DNA of 32,000 bases from Pirellulales bacterium (GTDB lineage Bacteria; Planctomycetota; Planctomycetia; Pirellulales; Pirellulaceae): positions 141,455 through 173,454 of the forward strand of contig JAXMBK010000009.1 of NCBI GenBank assembly GCA_046349935.1. Direction: 5' to 3'. Positions 23,115 through 32,000 of this stretch are shown here, piece by piece. Within the stretch, counting starts at the first letter, position 1. Every line of letters begins with the position of its first letter. A program made the translations under genes and the position numbers. A model generated the notes under the pieces. That model ran no database searches, had not been told where the DNA came from, and worked only from the letters and a program-made list of their open reading frames with translations.

Positions 23115-24671
23115 ATGGAAAACCCACGCGTGGACGACAGCCGAACGCAGATCTGGAACCAGACTCCGCTGCCTGCGCCGTCATCGTTGCCGGATCAGGA
23201 CGCGGGGCAGTTGGGGTTACTCGGCGATTACGAATTGCTGGAGCTCGTTGCGCGCGGCGGGATGGGCGTCGTTTACAAGGCGCGCCATCGGCGACTCAAT
23301 CGCCTCGTGGCGCTCAAAATGATCCTCAGCGGGCGACTCGCCTCGCCCGACGACGTTCGCCGTTTCACGACCGAAGCCGCGGCCGCAGCGCGACTGGATC
23401 ATCCCGGCATCGTCCCCGTGTACGAAGCGGGAGAGATCGGCGGTCTGCACTTCATTTCCATGGCGTTCGTCGAAGGTCCGACGCTCGCCGCGCGGCTGGC
23501 CGCCGGACCGCTCTCGTTCGCAGACGCGATTGCTTGGTTGCGGCAGATCGCCGCCGCCGTCGCGTATGCACACGCGCAGGGCATCGTGCATCGCGACCTC
23601 AAGCCGGCCAACATCCTGCTCAATGCGTCCCCCACGGCCGCGTCCAGCGACGCGAGTTCGCAATCGAAGTTCGTCGACGAAACGACCGAATACGTCGTTC
23701 CCAAAGTGACCGACTTCGGCCTCGCCAAGCAACTCGACGGTCAAGACAGTGTTACGAGCACGGGACAGATCGTGGGGACGCCCGCGTTCATGTCGCCCGA
23801 GCAGGCGGCGGGGAAGTCGACCGAAGTGCGCGAGTCGTCGGATCTGTACGCGCTTGGCGCCATCCTTTACGCCATGCTTACGGGCCGAGCGCCCTTTCAG
23901 GCCGACAGTCCGCTGGATGTGATTCTGCAAGTATTGGAGCAAGACCCGACGCCGCCGCGCGAGTTGCGTCGCGACGTGCCGCGGGAACTCCAGGCGATTT
24001 GTCTCAAGTGCCTGGAGAAAGATCCGGCGGATCGGTACTCAAGCGTGCTTGAGCTGATCGAGGATCTAAGGCGATACGAGCATGAAGAGGGGGTGGAGGC
24101 GTGCCGAGCGGGAGTTGGACGACGAGTGCAGCGCTGGCTGCGTCGACGCCCGTCGTTGTCCGCCCACTTGATCGCTTGCGCCGCGGTGCTCGCGATCCTC
24201 AACGTTCGTTTCGCCTGGTACTACACGGCCATTTCGAAGCCGTTCCACCTGCAAGTCTGCGAGCTGCTGTGCGTGTGGGCCGGCGCCAGCTTCATGTGCC
24301 AACTCTTGCTCGACCGAACGGCGACTCGCGAATGGGGCCGTTACGTGTGGGCCGCGGTCGACGTGGGGCTCATGACCGGAATGCTGTGGATCTCCCAGCC
24401 GCCGCGCGGCTTGATCCTCGCCGGTTACCCGCTGTTGATCGTCGCTTCGGGGCTGTTCGCTCGCGTGCCGCTGGTCGCCTTTACGACCGGGGTGAGCATG
24501 GCGGCGTTCGTCGGGCTCTTGCTGAACACGCCCGACGAACTACAGCCGACGATCTATGCGTTCTTGTACGAAACGATGTTGCTGTTGATCGGCTCGATCG
24601 TCGCCTACCAAGTTCAACGCATCCGCACGCTCAGCCGCCATCTCGAACGCCATGGCGGCTTTGCCGATTGA
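23115..24671 (+). CDS. Hanks-type Ser/Thr protein kinase with a C-terminal multi-TM domain
   Basis: Kinase motifs ARGGMGVVYKA, VALK, HRDLKPANILL, DFGLA and PAFMSPE. Four or more hydrophobic helices follow residue ~350. Confidence 0.9.
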   Translation: MENPRVDDSRTQIWNQTPLPAPSSLPDQDAGQLGLLGDYELLELVARGGMGVVYKARHRRLNRLVALKMILSGRLASPDDVRRFTTEAAAAARLDHPGIVPVYEAGEIGGLHFISMAFVEGPTLAARLAAGPLSFADAIAWLRQIAAAVAYAHAQGIVHRDLKPANILLNASPTAASSDASSQSKFVDETTEYVVPKVTDFGLAKQLDGQDSVTSTGQIVGTPAFMSPEQAAGKSTEVRESSDLYALGAILYAMLTGRAPFQADSPLDVILQVLEQDPTPPRELRRDVPRELQAICLKCLEKDPADRYSSVLELIEDLRRYEHEEGVEACRAGVGRRVQRWLRRRPSLSAHLIACAAVLAILNVRFAWYYTAISKPFHLQVCELLCVWAGASFMCQLLLDRTATREWGRYVWAAVDVGLMTGMLWISQPPRGLILAGYPLLIVASGLFARVPLVAFTTGVSMAAFVGLLLNTPDELQPTIYAFLYETMLLLIGSIVAYQVQRIRTLSRHLERHGGFAD

Positions 24672-24694
24672 GTTTCAATGCGCAGCGATGCGAG

Positions 24695-25105
24695 CTATTT
24701 CGAAAGCACTTCGAATTTGTTCTCGTTGGGGCCGCCTTCCTTCACGTCGGCGGTCAGCTTGGAGTCGGCGTTAAAGCGGGCGGGAATGAAGTTCTCCTTC
24801 TCGCCGCCGAACTTTTCGCCTCCCATCATGACCGCTTTGCCGCCCTCGCGATACGAGAAGATTTGGACGCGATTGAGTCCAATGCTCGCCTCGCCCTTGT
24901 AGGCGCCGTCGATGATGGGAACGATGGTGCCGTACCCCTCCGCCGTGAAGATGATTTCGCCCGAGGGCAGCGGTTTTCCATCCAGCGTCACGGCGCCGGA
25001 GACAGGCGCCACTTTCGGCGCATTCGTACTCGAAGAACAGCCCGTCATGGCGAACGAGCCCAAAGCCAAGCACGCCGCAGCAACCGTCATGCGGAACAAC
25101 AACAA
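24695..25105 (-). CDS. Small lipoprotein, partner of the second DUF1559 gene
   Basis: Signal ...AAACLALGSFAMTGC. VSGAVTLDGKPLPSGEIIF parallels the 11058..11534 product. Start is either TTG at 25105 (GAGGTG 5 nt upstream) or ATG at 25090. Confidence 0.7.
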   Translation of the reverse strand: MLLFRMTVAAACLALGSFAMTGCSSSTNAPKVAPVSGAVTLDGKPLPSGEIIFTAEGYGTIVPIIDGAYKGEASIGLNRVQIFSYREGGKAVMMGGEKFGGEKENFIPARFNADSKLTADVKEGGPNENKFEVLSK

Positions 25106-25139
25106 GAGTGCACCTCAGGGAATGCAAAGGGAAACACAC

Positions 25140-25170
25140 GCGACGCTCGCTTGGGAAAGGCGAGCGTCGC
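25140..25170 (-). promoter_or_regulatory. Intercistronic 11-bp perfect hairpin between the DUF1559 gene and its lipoprotein gene
   Basis: GCGACGCTCGC-TTGGGAAAG-GCGAGCGTCGC. It lies in the 108-nt gap between the stop at 25214 and the start at 25105. Confidence 0.4.
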
Positions 25171-25213
25171 GCAGGTCATGTAGAAGTGGAGCAAACGGGC
25201 CGTAGAAATCGAC

Positions 25214-26284
25214 TTAGAAATCGCCGACGGGGAGGCCGTCGTCGCGCGTTCCGAGTCGACCCAGCGCGCCGATGTCGATCGTTTCCGCGAGGAAGCGGAC
25301 CGAACCGTCGGCCAGCAGCGCGACCACGCCGCCCGGGTGCGTCGAATTCAAGGGAATGTTCTGTCCCGTGTTGTCGCAGATGCCCAGGCCCGAGCAGTTG
25401 CCGGGGGCGGCCGTGATGGTGGGCCAATCCTTTTGATTGATGCGCCACCGCAAAGTGGTGACGTTGAACGCGCGGTTGTCGCCGCCGCTGCCGGCGCCGT
25501 TGTTCATGTCGGTGCGGGTGTTGCCCCAGCCGATCGTCCAGCCGTGCGGACCGGCCGCCGTCCAGGCCATGCGTTGCTTGGTCGGGCTGATCCGCATGAA
25601 GTCGCCGTGCTCGCTGACCATCAGCGTGTTGGACGAACCATCGAGCAGGTTGGCGAACGTGTTCACGAGATTCGGGGGCAGGCCGCCGTTATTGGACAGG
25701 ATGCCGCCCGAGCAGCAGCCGGCCGCGCCGCCGGGATTCATGTAGCGAGTTTCGGTGTAGTTGGGGATCATTCCCGGCGCCACGCCCGCGACCGCCACGT
25801 AGGTCGGCATCATCATCATTCCGTTCGTGCCGCCAGGCACCGTGCTCGAAGTCGTCGGCGGCAGGGCCGACGACGGGCAACGGTAAGCCTTGATCTTGAC
25901 ATTGTTGAACAGCGCGCCGTTGGCTGCGTTGCCATAGCCGGTGCCGCCGCCGATTTGGAGCTGTTCGTACAGGGAGTTCTGTTCGATGAACGGCAGGATG
26001 TAGATCATCCAGCTCGCGCCCCAGTTCGACGCGGCGGGTCCGAAAGGCTGTTGGTCTTGCGACGTTCCCGGCGGGAAGTAGCCGCGCGTGTCATGGTGAT
26101 TGTGCAGACCCAGTCCCAACTGTTTGAGATTATTCGTACATTGCGTGCGGCGAGCCGCCTCGCGCGCCGCCTGCACGGCGGGCAACAGCAACGCCACCAG
26201 AATGCCGATGATGGCGATGACGACCAAGAGTTCGACGAGCGTAAAGGCGCGTCGCGACGGACGACTCACGAGCCGAGAGATCAT
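25214..26284 (-). CDS. DUF1559 / H-X9-DG protein with prepilin-type N-terminal methylation domain
   Basis: N-terminus AFTLVELLVVIAIIGILVALLLPAVQAAREAARR. C-terminal HPGGVVALLADG fits H-x9-DG. I prefer ATG at 26284 over TTG at 26317. Confidence 0.9.
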   Translation of the reverse strand: MISRLVSRPSRRAFTLVELLVVIAIIGILVALLLPAVQAAREAARRTQCTNNLKQLGLGLHNHHDTRGYFPPGTSQDQQPFGPAASNWGASWMIYILPFIEQNSLYEQLQIGGGTGYGNAANGALFNNVKIKAYRCPSSALPPTTSSTVPGGTNGMMMMPTYVAVAGVAPGMIPNYTETRYMNPGGAAGCCSGGILSNNGGLPPNLVNTFANLLDGSSNTLMVSEHGDFMRISPTKQRMAWTAAGPHGWTIGWGNTRTDMNNGAGSGGDNRAFNVTTLRWRINQKDWPTITAAPGNCSGLGICDNTGQNIPLNSTHPGGVVALLADGSVRFLAETIDIGALGRLGTRDDGLPVGDF

Positions 26285-26386
26285 GGAACACAACTTTCGC
26301 GAAGGGAGCCGGGACAATGAAGGACGAAGCGCGGCCTAAACACGGAAGGTATTACGCGTGGCAATGCCGCTTTCGGTGGGTTTGGC

Positions 26387-26415
26387 ATACTAATTAACAT
26401 GGGTAGGACTGTCAA
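26387..26415 (-). promoter_or_regulatory. Candidate sigma70-like promoter for the second DUF1559 operon
   Basis: On the minus strand: TTGACA (26415-26410), 17-nt spacer, TAGTAT (26392-26387). This is about 100 nt upstream of the ATG at 26284. Confidence 0.35.
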
Positions 26416-26443
26416 TGTCGAAGGGTAAGCGACGGAAGCCGTG

Positions 26444-27535
26444 ATGGACTCCAATGGTCGGAAATCGTTCACGAATCGACGTTGGCTGACGCTGGCTTTG
26501 CTCGGCGGCGCCGCGACGCTCGCGGTCGTCGTCGGCAATCAGTGGCGGGAGGGACGTCGCCGCGCCGCAGCGCCTGCCGCGCTGCAGCGGGGCGACTTTG
26601 AGTCGGCGACGCGGATCGCGCAGGACGTTTTGCGTCAACGTGGCGAAGACATCGAGGCCCGGCTTTGGCTGGCGCAAGTCGCGCGCCGCCGCCGTCAGTT
26701 CCCAGAGGCCGAACGGCAGCTAGAGCGCGCCGCTCGACTCGACCAAATGCCGGAGGCGGTCGCCTTCGAGCGCGAGCTGCTCGCGCTGCACTCGGGCCGC
26801 CCGCTCGACGTCGAACGGTTCTTGCGAGTTTGTCGCGAGCATCCCGAGGCGGCGCCGTCGCCGTTGATCTTGGAAGCGCTGTTCGAAGGCGCACTCCAAC
26901 GCCTCGACCTGCGGCTGGCGCAGCAATGCGTCGACCTGTGGGAAGCCAACGGCTACTCGCCGCAAAACCCGCGGCAGGCGCCTCGCTGGCACGCTGAAAT
27001 TGCGCTGCGGCGCGGCGACGTCGACGCCGCGCTTATCGCGCTGCGCCGCGCCGTCGACGCGGCCCCGGAGGACGACGAGTTGCGTTTGCGACTCGCTACG
27101 CTCTTAGCACGGCAAGCGCCGCGCGAAGCGCTCGAGCAACTGGCTCACTTGAGGACGCAGGCAAACGACGACGTCGAGCGACTATGCGTGGAAGCCAGGT
27201 GTCGACGCGCACTCGGGGAAACGGAGCAGGCCGCGGAGTTGCTGGATCAAATCTTGACTGAGCAGCCGCGACACTTCGAAGCTCTCCTGGAACGCGGTCA
27301 AGCGGCGTTGGAATTGCGCCAGTTCGAGGCCGCGGAGCGGTCGCTGACGCGCGCCTTCGAACTGCGTCCTGCCTCCCGCGACGCCGGACTGGCGCTCGCG
27401 CGCTGCTGGCAGTTCACTGGCAAGGAGAAGCAAGCTCGCGACCTGCTGTCGCAAATTGCACGCCAAGATGAAGAACGAGATCGACAGATGAAGATGCTGC
27501 GGGAAGAAGGACGGATCGAACCGACAACGCCATGA
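26444..27535 (+). CDS. Membrane-anchored tetratricopeptide (TPR) repeat protein
   Basis: TM helix WLTLALLGGAATLAVVV followed by Ala/Leu/Arg-rich helical repeats. GTG at 26441 or ATG at 26444. The stop overlaps the next start (ATGA at 27532-27535). Confidence 0.75.
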   Translation: MDSNGRKSFTNRRWLTLALLGGAATLAVVVGNQWREGRRRAAAPAALQRGDFESATRIAQDVLRQRGEDIEARLWLAQVARRRRQFPEAERQLERAARLDQMPEAVAFERELLALHSGRPLDVERFLRVCREHPEAAPSPLILEALFEGALQRLDLRLAQQCVDLWEANGYSPQNPRQAPRWHAEIALRRGDVDAALIALRRAVDAAPEDDELRLRLATLLARQAPREALEQLAHLRTQANDDVERLCVEARCRRALGETEQAAELLDQILTEQPRHFEALLERGQAALELRQFEAAERSLTRAFELRPASRDAGLALARCWQFTGKEKQARDLLSQIARQDEERDRQMKMLREEGRIEPTTP

Positions 27536-29304
27536 CTCAAGCCCAGTTGTTCCTTCTGCGAGGTGCTTTCGTCGTCGCGATCCTGCTGAGCGGATTGAAC
27601 TGTCGACCAACATCGGTCGTCGATGGCCGAAACGAGAGTCGCCCCGTCCCGGAAGCCATGCCGGCAGCGCCAGCGTGGCTGATCGACGTCGCAGCCAAGG
27701 GGAACGTCGACTTCGCTTATCGAAACGGCGAGGAGGCAGATCGCTACACGATCCTAGAATCGCTGGGGGGAGGCGTGTGCCTGTTGGACTACGATCAGGA
27801 TGGGAGGATCGACATCTTCATAACGGGCGGCGGATCGTTGCCTTCGGAAGGCCCGGCGATGCCAGCGGGGCGGGCAGGCAAACTTTATCGCAACCGCGGC
27901 GACTGGTCGTTCGAAGACGTCACACGCCTCTTGGGACTCGAGCAGGCGCCGTTCTACTCACATGGCTGCTTGACCGAAGATCTTGATCGCGACGGGTGGC
28001 CCGATCTGATTGTGACTGGGTACGGCGGTGTACGGATCTACCTGAATCAACTTAGCGACGGCGACCGTCGCACCTTCGTCGACGCGACTCGCCAATGGGG
28101 CGTTCCCGAGACGACCTGGGCGACCAGCGCAGCCTGCGGCGATTTATTCGGCGAGGGACGCGCCGATCTCTACGTCTGTCAGTACTTGGACTGGACGCCT
28201 GAACGCGATCCACCTTGTCCGCGTCGCGACGATCCTTCAGGCCGCGACGTCTGTCCGCCGCAGCGTTTTCAGCCGTTGCCGCATCGGCTCTTCCGAAACA
28301 CGGGCGAGCGTTTCGCGGAGGTCTCCGACCAGGTCGGCATCCTGCCCGGCAAGGGGCTCGGAGTCGTCATCGCCGACCTAAACGCGGACCGACGGCCGGA
28401 CGTCTACGTCGCCAATGACGACGGCGAGAATCGACTCTATCTCAACCAAGGCGCCGGGCGGCTCTTGGAGAACGCGCAAGCCGCAGGCGTCGCCGTCGAC
28501 GAATCGGGGCGTTACAACGGCAGCATGGGCGTTGATGCGGGAGATTTCGATGGCTCGGGGCGGCCGTCGCTGTTGGCGACCAACTATCAAGGCGAACTAC
28601 CGGCGCTCTACGCCAATCTGGGCGATGGGCTGTTTCTGTACCAATCGCAGTCCGCGGGACTCAACGCACCCGGTCTGGAGTTTGTGGGATTTGGAACGTC
28701 GTTCGTGGATCTCGACAACGACAGTTGGCTCGATCTCGTCGCCGTCAACGGACACGTATTGCGACATCCGGTCGGGGCCTCGTTCAGGCAGCGCGGTCTC
28801 CTGTTTCATAATCAATCGCGCGGCACGCGGCGCGTGTTTCAGGAAATGACGCTCGCCCCCGACTCGCCGCTCGCCAGCCCCGCGCTGGGTCGGGGACTGG
28901 CCGTCGGAGACTTGGACAACGACGGTTGGCCGGACTTGGTGCTGTCGCCGAGCAACCAGCCGGTCGCCGTTCTGCGCAACACGGCGCCTCGCGGGAACGA
29001 CCGCCGGTGGCTGGGACTGCAACTGACGGGACGTGCGAATCGGCCCATCGCAGGGGCGTGCGTCGTGGTTCAGTTCGAGGATCGACAGATCACTCGGTTC
29101 GCCAAGAGCGGCGGAAGCTACCTGTCCTCGAGCGACCCGCGACTGTTGTTTGGGCTTCCGGGAGCGACGAAGATCCAACAGGTGCAAGTGCACTGGCCGT
29201 GGGGAGACGTCCAGACTTGGGATGGCGCGCTGTTTTCGCTCGACCAATACTGGCGACTCGACGAACAGCAGCCCGCCCCGACGCGCGCCGTAGCGCCGCG
29301 CTGA
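27532..29304 (+). CDS. CRTAC1-family protein (FG-GAP/VCBS repeats + ASPIC/UnbV C-terminal domain)
   Basis: Repeated DxDxDGxxD loops: DYDQDGRIDIF, DLDRDGWPDL, DLNADRRPDV, DFDGSGRPS, DLDNDSWLDL, DLDNDGWPDL. C-terminal part GGSYLSSSDPRLLFGL. Confidence 0.85.
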   Translation: MTQAQLFLLRGAFVVAILLSGLNCRPTSVVDGRNESRPVPEAMPAAPAWLIDVAAKGNVDFAYRNGEEADRYTILESLGGGVCLLDYDQDGRIDIFITGGGSLPSEGPAMPAGRAGKLYRNRGDWSFEDVTRLLGLEQAPFYSHGCLTEDLDRDGWPDLIVTGYGGVRIYLNQLSDGDRRTFVDATRQWGVPETTWATSAACGDLFGEGRADLYVCQYLDWTPERDPPCPRRDDPSGRDVCPPQRFQPLPHRLFRNTGERFAEVSDQVGILPGKGLGVVIADLNADRRPDVYVANDDGENRLYLNQGAGRLLENAQAAGVAVDESGRYNGSMGVDAGDFDGSGRPSLLATNYQGELPALYANLGDGLFLYQSQSAGLNAPGLEFVGFGTSFVDLDNDSWLDLVAVNGHVLRHPVGASFRQRGLLFHNQSRGTRRVFQEMTLAPDSPLASPALGRGLAVGDLDNDGWPDLVLSPSNQPVAVLRNTAPRGNDRRWLGLQLTGRANRPIAGACVVVQFEDRQITRFAKSGGSYLSSSDPRLLFGLPGATKIQQVQVHWPWGDVQTWDGALFSLDQYWRLDEQQPAPTRAVAPR

Positions 29305-29328
29305 AGGCCGCGAATAGTGACGATCCGC

Positions 29329-29940
29329 TTACTTCGACTGCTTCGCCAGCTCCAGGTAGCGCCAGCAATACCAACTGCCGTACGACGCGAACGGCGTCCA
29401 GCTTTCGGCGACCGCGTGATACGCGGCTTTCGGCGCGTCGGCGGGAAGCTCATAGAGGGCCTGCATCGCGTTGCGAACGCCCAGGTCGTCGACGGGAAAG
29501 ACGTTCTCGCGACGCAGGGAGAAGATGAGAAACATCTGCGCCGTCCAGCGACCGATCCCCTGGACTTGCGTCAACGTCTCGATAATCCGCTCGTCGTCGT
29601 AGCGACCAATGCGCTCCAGCCGAACGGCGCCGCCAAGCACCCTGTCGGTCAAATCGCGCAGATAACGACGCTTCTGGGGAGACAAACCGGCCGATGCCAA
29701 CTGTTCGTCGCTTAAACGCTGCAAGCCGGCCGGCGTAAACGTCGACTCTCCGACGACCGACGCCAGCCGCTCGCGAATCGAGCGGGCGGCGGCGGTCGAG
29801 ATCTGCTGCGAAATGATCGACCGCACCAGCATGCCGAAACGATCGCGGCTGGGCCGCAGCGTGCAGGGGCCGACTTGCTTGACGATCGCATGCAAGATGC
29901 GGTCGCGGCGACGAAAATGATCCCAGTACGGCGGTCTCAT
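29329..29940 (-). CDS. HhH-GPD DNA glycosylase (DNA-3-methyladenine glycosylase II / AlkA-like)
   Basis: ISQQIS, LSPQKRRYLRDL, GIGRWTAQMFLIF and the catalytic-Asp region FPVDDLGVRNA. I prefer ATG at 29940; the 43-aa extension to 30069 looks non-conserved. Confidence 0.8.
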   Translation of the reverse strand: MRPPYWDHFRRRDRILHAIVKQVGPCTLRPSRDRFGMLVRSIISQQISTAAARSIRERLASVVGESTFTPAGLQRLSDEQLASAGLSPQKRRYLRDLTDRVLGGAVRLERIGRYDDERIIETLTQVQGIGRWTAQMFLIFSLRRENVFPVDDLGVRNAMQALYELPADAPKAAYHAVAESWTPFASYGSWYCWRYLELAKQSK

Positions 29941-30170
29941 AACAATTACTTGCGGCGAGTTTCGAGCGTATGGGCGACGCAGGCAAGAATACCAACCGCC
30001 AAGCGAATCCACGATTGCGTCATGGGACCGATTCCAAGCGAGAGTGTTGCTGTCCAAGAACCGCGCCATGATGGCGGCTGCATCCTTAGTCGTGGATCGC
30101 TCCGCGATCCAACGATCCTAAAGGACCTCGTCAGCGCGCGATCGTGCTCCGGCGGGCCGCGCCGATCGTT

Positions 30171-30187
30171 GGACCGCGGAGCGGTCC
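30171..30187 (-). terminator. Weak terminator candidate after the DUF1501 gene
   Basis: On the minus strand GGACCGC-TCC-GCGGTCC lies 12 nt after the TAA stop, with no U-tract. A related hairpin GGATCGC-TCC-GCGATCC is at 30094-30110 on the plus strand. Confidence 0.2.
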
Positions 30188-30198
30188 ACGACAATCTC

Positions 30199-31602
30199 TT
30201 AGCCGAACAGTTCCATGATCGGTTTGCCGGTCGTGATCGGCAGCGAGATGCCGCTGTTGTTCTGGGGCGCGTTGAGCGGAATGTCGAGCGCATGGTAGAT
30301 GGTGGCGGCCAGCTCCTCGGGGCGCACCGGGTTGCTGGCGACGTACGCGCCGTGCTTGTCCGACTTTCCGTACACACGCCCCCCCGCGATCCCGCACCCC
30401 GCCAGGATCGACGAAAAGCAGCTGGGCCAATGCTGTCGGCCAGGCGGCAACTGCGTGAGAATGTTCGGCGTGCGCCCGAACTCGCCCGTTACCACAACCA
30501 ACGTGTTGTCCAAGAGGCCCCGTTCTTTCAAGTCGATCAGCAATGCGGAGAGAGCCTGATCAAGCCGCGGCAAGCAGAAGCTCATGCCGTACGAACCTGA
30601 CCCGAATGCATTCCCCATACCCATATTTCCGCCGTGCATGTCCCAACTGCTGCTGGGCGGGCCCGCCGTGTCATGCGGCGCTTGGCCCGTCCAGCCATTG
30701 ACGGTCACGAACCGCACGCCCGCTTCAATCATCCGCCGCGCCAGCAGCAGGTTTTGGCCGAGCGGATGACGGCCGTAACGGTCGCGGACCTGATCGGGTT
30801 CGCGGTCCATCTTGAACGCGTCGCGCCCCTCGGAACGCGTCATGGCGTCGTAGGCTTTCTCACGCAACTGTTGCCAGTCGGCGCCGCGTCGGTCCCCGGA
30901 CAACACGGTGCTTTCGATGCGCGACAACAGCTGACGCCGCATATCGACTCGGTCCCGATCGCCCAAGTCATAGATTTCGGGCGGTTTGAAGTCGTCCAGC
31001 GCGGGATGGTTCTGCGCCGAACCGACGAACACCGGCGCGTAAGCCGAACCCAGGTAGCCGCCGATGCCGATATTCGGCGCACAGAACACGGGCGGTCCGA
31101 CGCACTTGATCAGCCAAGCATTCGACACGATGTTCCGCTTGCTCGGACGATGCTTGGAGACGAACGAGCCCAGGTAGGGCTGGTCGTCGGTCACGCCTTC
31201 CGCCACGCGCTTCACCGATTGACCGCTGAGCAGATTGTGCATGGCGTCGAAGTGGTTCGAGATCGCGCCAGGGTGCGTCATCGAATTGATGAGCGTGAAC
31301 TGGTCGGTCAGCTTCGCCAGCTCCGTGTGCATCTCATTGATGCGCATCCCGGGGACCGCCGTTTCGATCGGGCGGTAGGGGCCGCGAATCGTGTCCGGTG
31401 CATCCGGCTTCATGTCCCACGTATCGACGTGACTCGGACCGCCGCACAACAAAATGAAGATGCACGACTTCTCCGCTGCCACCGCCTTGCCGTCGGCATC
31501 CAGCTTGTCGCTCCCCATCACCAGGCCGGGAAGCCCCAGCGACAAGGATCCCAGGCCGGCGGCGATCATCGCCTGACGTCGATTGAGTGCATACGAGTCC
31601 AT
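30199..31602 (-). CDS. DUF1501 domain protein (sulfatase-like fold) with Tat signal
   Basis: N-terminus NRRQAMIAAGLGSLSLGLPG. Motifs ILLCGGPSHVDTWDMKP and DxH...GRT are typical of DUF1501. GAGGTG lies 5 nt upstream of the ATG at 31602. Confidence 0.9.
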   Translation of the reverse strand: MDSYALNRRQAMIAAGLGSLSLGLPGLVMGSDKLDADGKAVAAEKSCIFILLCGGPSHVDTWDMKPDAPDTIRGPYRPIETAVPGMRINEMHTELAKLTDQFTLINSMTHPGAISNHFDAMHNLLSGQSVKRVAEGVTDDQPYLGSFVSKHRPSKRNIVSNAWLIKCVGPPVFCAPNIGIGGYLGSAYAPVFVGSAQNHPALDDFKPPEIYDLGDRDRVDMRRQLLSRIESTVLSGDRRGADWQQLREKAYDAMTRSEGRDAFKMDREPDQVRDRYGRHPLGQNLLLARRMIEAGVRFVTVNGWTGQAPHDTAGPPSSSWDMHGGNMGMGNAFGSGSYGMSFCLPRLDQALSALLIDLKERGLLDNTLVVVTGEFGRTPNILTQLPPGRQHWPSCFSSILAGCGIAGGRVYGKSDKHGAYVASNPVRPEELAATIYHALDIPLNAPQNNSGISLPITTGKPIMELFG

Positions 31603-31737
31603 GACAACACCTCGGTGGATTTTGATGCGATGAGTATGTCGAGGTAGCGGGGATTTCGCAACCAGAAAAATATGTCAAGGTTACGACGCGGGCGTCGAAT
31701 AGTCGTCGCACCAGACCATTCACTTGGAGGCTTACGC

Positions 31738-32000
31738 GTGGATCAGGCGGCCGCGTCTATACCCGTCCCAGGAATCCTACCGACGACCGGCGATGCGCGC
31801 CGGCATGACCTCGACGCCTTGCGCGCCTTTGCCATGCTGTTGGGAATCGGCCTCCATGCCTCGCTCAGTTTCTTCCGGACTCCGTGGCCCGTCCAAGATT
31901 CACAGCCGAACGAACTCTTTGGGCTGTTGTTCATCCTGGTCCACGGCTTCCGCATGCCGCTGTTTTTCTTGGTGAGCGGCTATTTCACGATGCTGCTGTT
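31738..32000 (+). CDS. Acyltransferase-3 family membrane protein, 5' part (runs off the right edge)
   Basis: My translation from GTG at 31738 (GGAGG 7 nt upstream) gives VDQAAASIPVPGILPTTGDARRHDLDALRAFAMLLGIGLHASLSF...LVHGFRMPLFFLVSGYF. The LDALRxxA...H and RMPLFFxxSG motifs are present. It is not in the ORF track because no stop falls within the window. Confidence 0.7.
   Translation, partial: MDQAAASIPVPGILPTTGDARRHDLDALRAFAMLLGIGLHASLSFFRTPWPVQDSQPNELFGLLFILVHGFRMPLFFLVSGYFTMLL

Noticed and set aside
29941-30069. Longer start (30069) for the AlkA-like glycosylase
   Set aside because: The extra 43 aa (MARFLDSNTLAWNRSHD...) have no resemblance to the family. The typical family N-terminus begins near MRPPYWDHF. 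The longer start is kept only as an alternative.
1-32000. tRNA, rRNA, transposase/integrase, prophage or toxin-antitoxin genes
   Set aside because: I scanned the intergenic regions and ORF translations by eye. I found no cloverleaf-like GTTCGAATC boxes, no DDE/tyrosine-recombinase motifs and no small paired ORFs. This absence is by eye only and should be confirmed with tRNAscan, Infernal and ISfinder-type searches.

Overview
High-GC bacterial chromosomal segment whose gene content looks like Planctomycetota. It has two DUF1559 (H-X9-DG) prepilin-like genes, each followed by a small lipoprotein gene. It also has a DUF1501 protein, a TPR + CRTAC1/FG-GAP pair, an LRR membrane protein, an ECF sigma factor with Hanks-type kinases, and an orphan Flp pilin. 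I support about 29 CDS, two of them cut by the window edges. By eye I found no rRNA, tRNA, CRISPR array, transposase, integrase or recognisable defence gene. The left third is ordinary metabolism: SDR, methyltransferase, metallophosphoesterase, amidohydrolase, polysaccharide deacetylase, nagA, queC. Four things deserve a second look. (1) A secreted CotH-type atypical kinase has four EF-hand loops and long Gly/Pro tracts. It sits in an operon with a VTC (polyphosphate-polymerase-like) protein, back-to-back with an operon encoding an ECF sigma, a zinc anti-sigma::Ser/Thr kinase fusion and a membrane protein. (2) A 377-aa paralogue carries both QueC hallmarks (SGGxDS PP-loop and the C-x9-C-x2-C-x2-C cluster) plus unknown extensions, with unusual DNA structure just upstream. 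(3) Two families of intergenic hairpin repeats occur, including a ~570-bp composite array that fills a convergent intergenic region and supplies a stop codon. (4) A 733-aa membrane protein has an internally duplicated 2TM-plus-domain module, an acidic tract and C-terminal LRRs. No complete, obviously novel system can be proven from sequence alone. The CotH/VTC + ECF/kinase neighbourhood and the QueC-like gene are my best candidates and are labelled as inference. All family calls come from motif recognition by eye, not from database searches.
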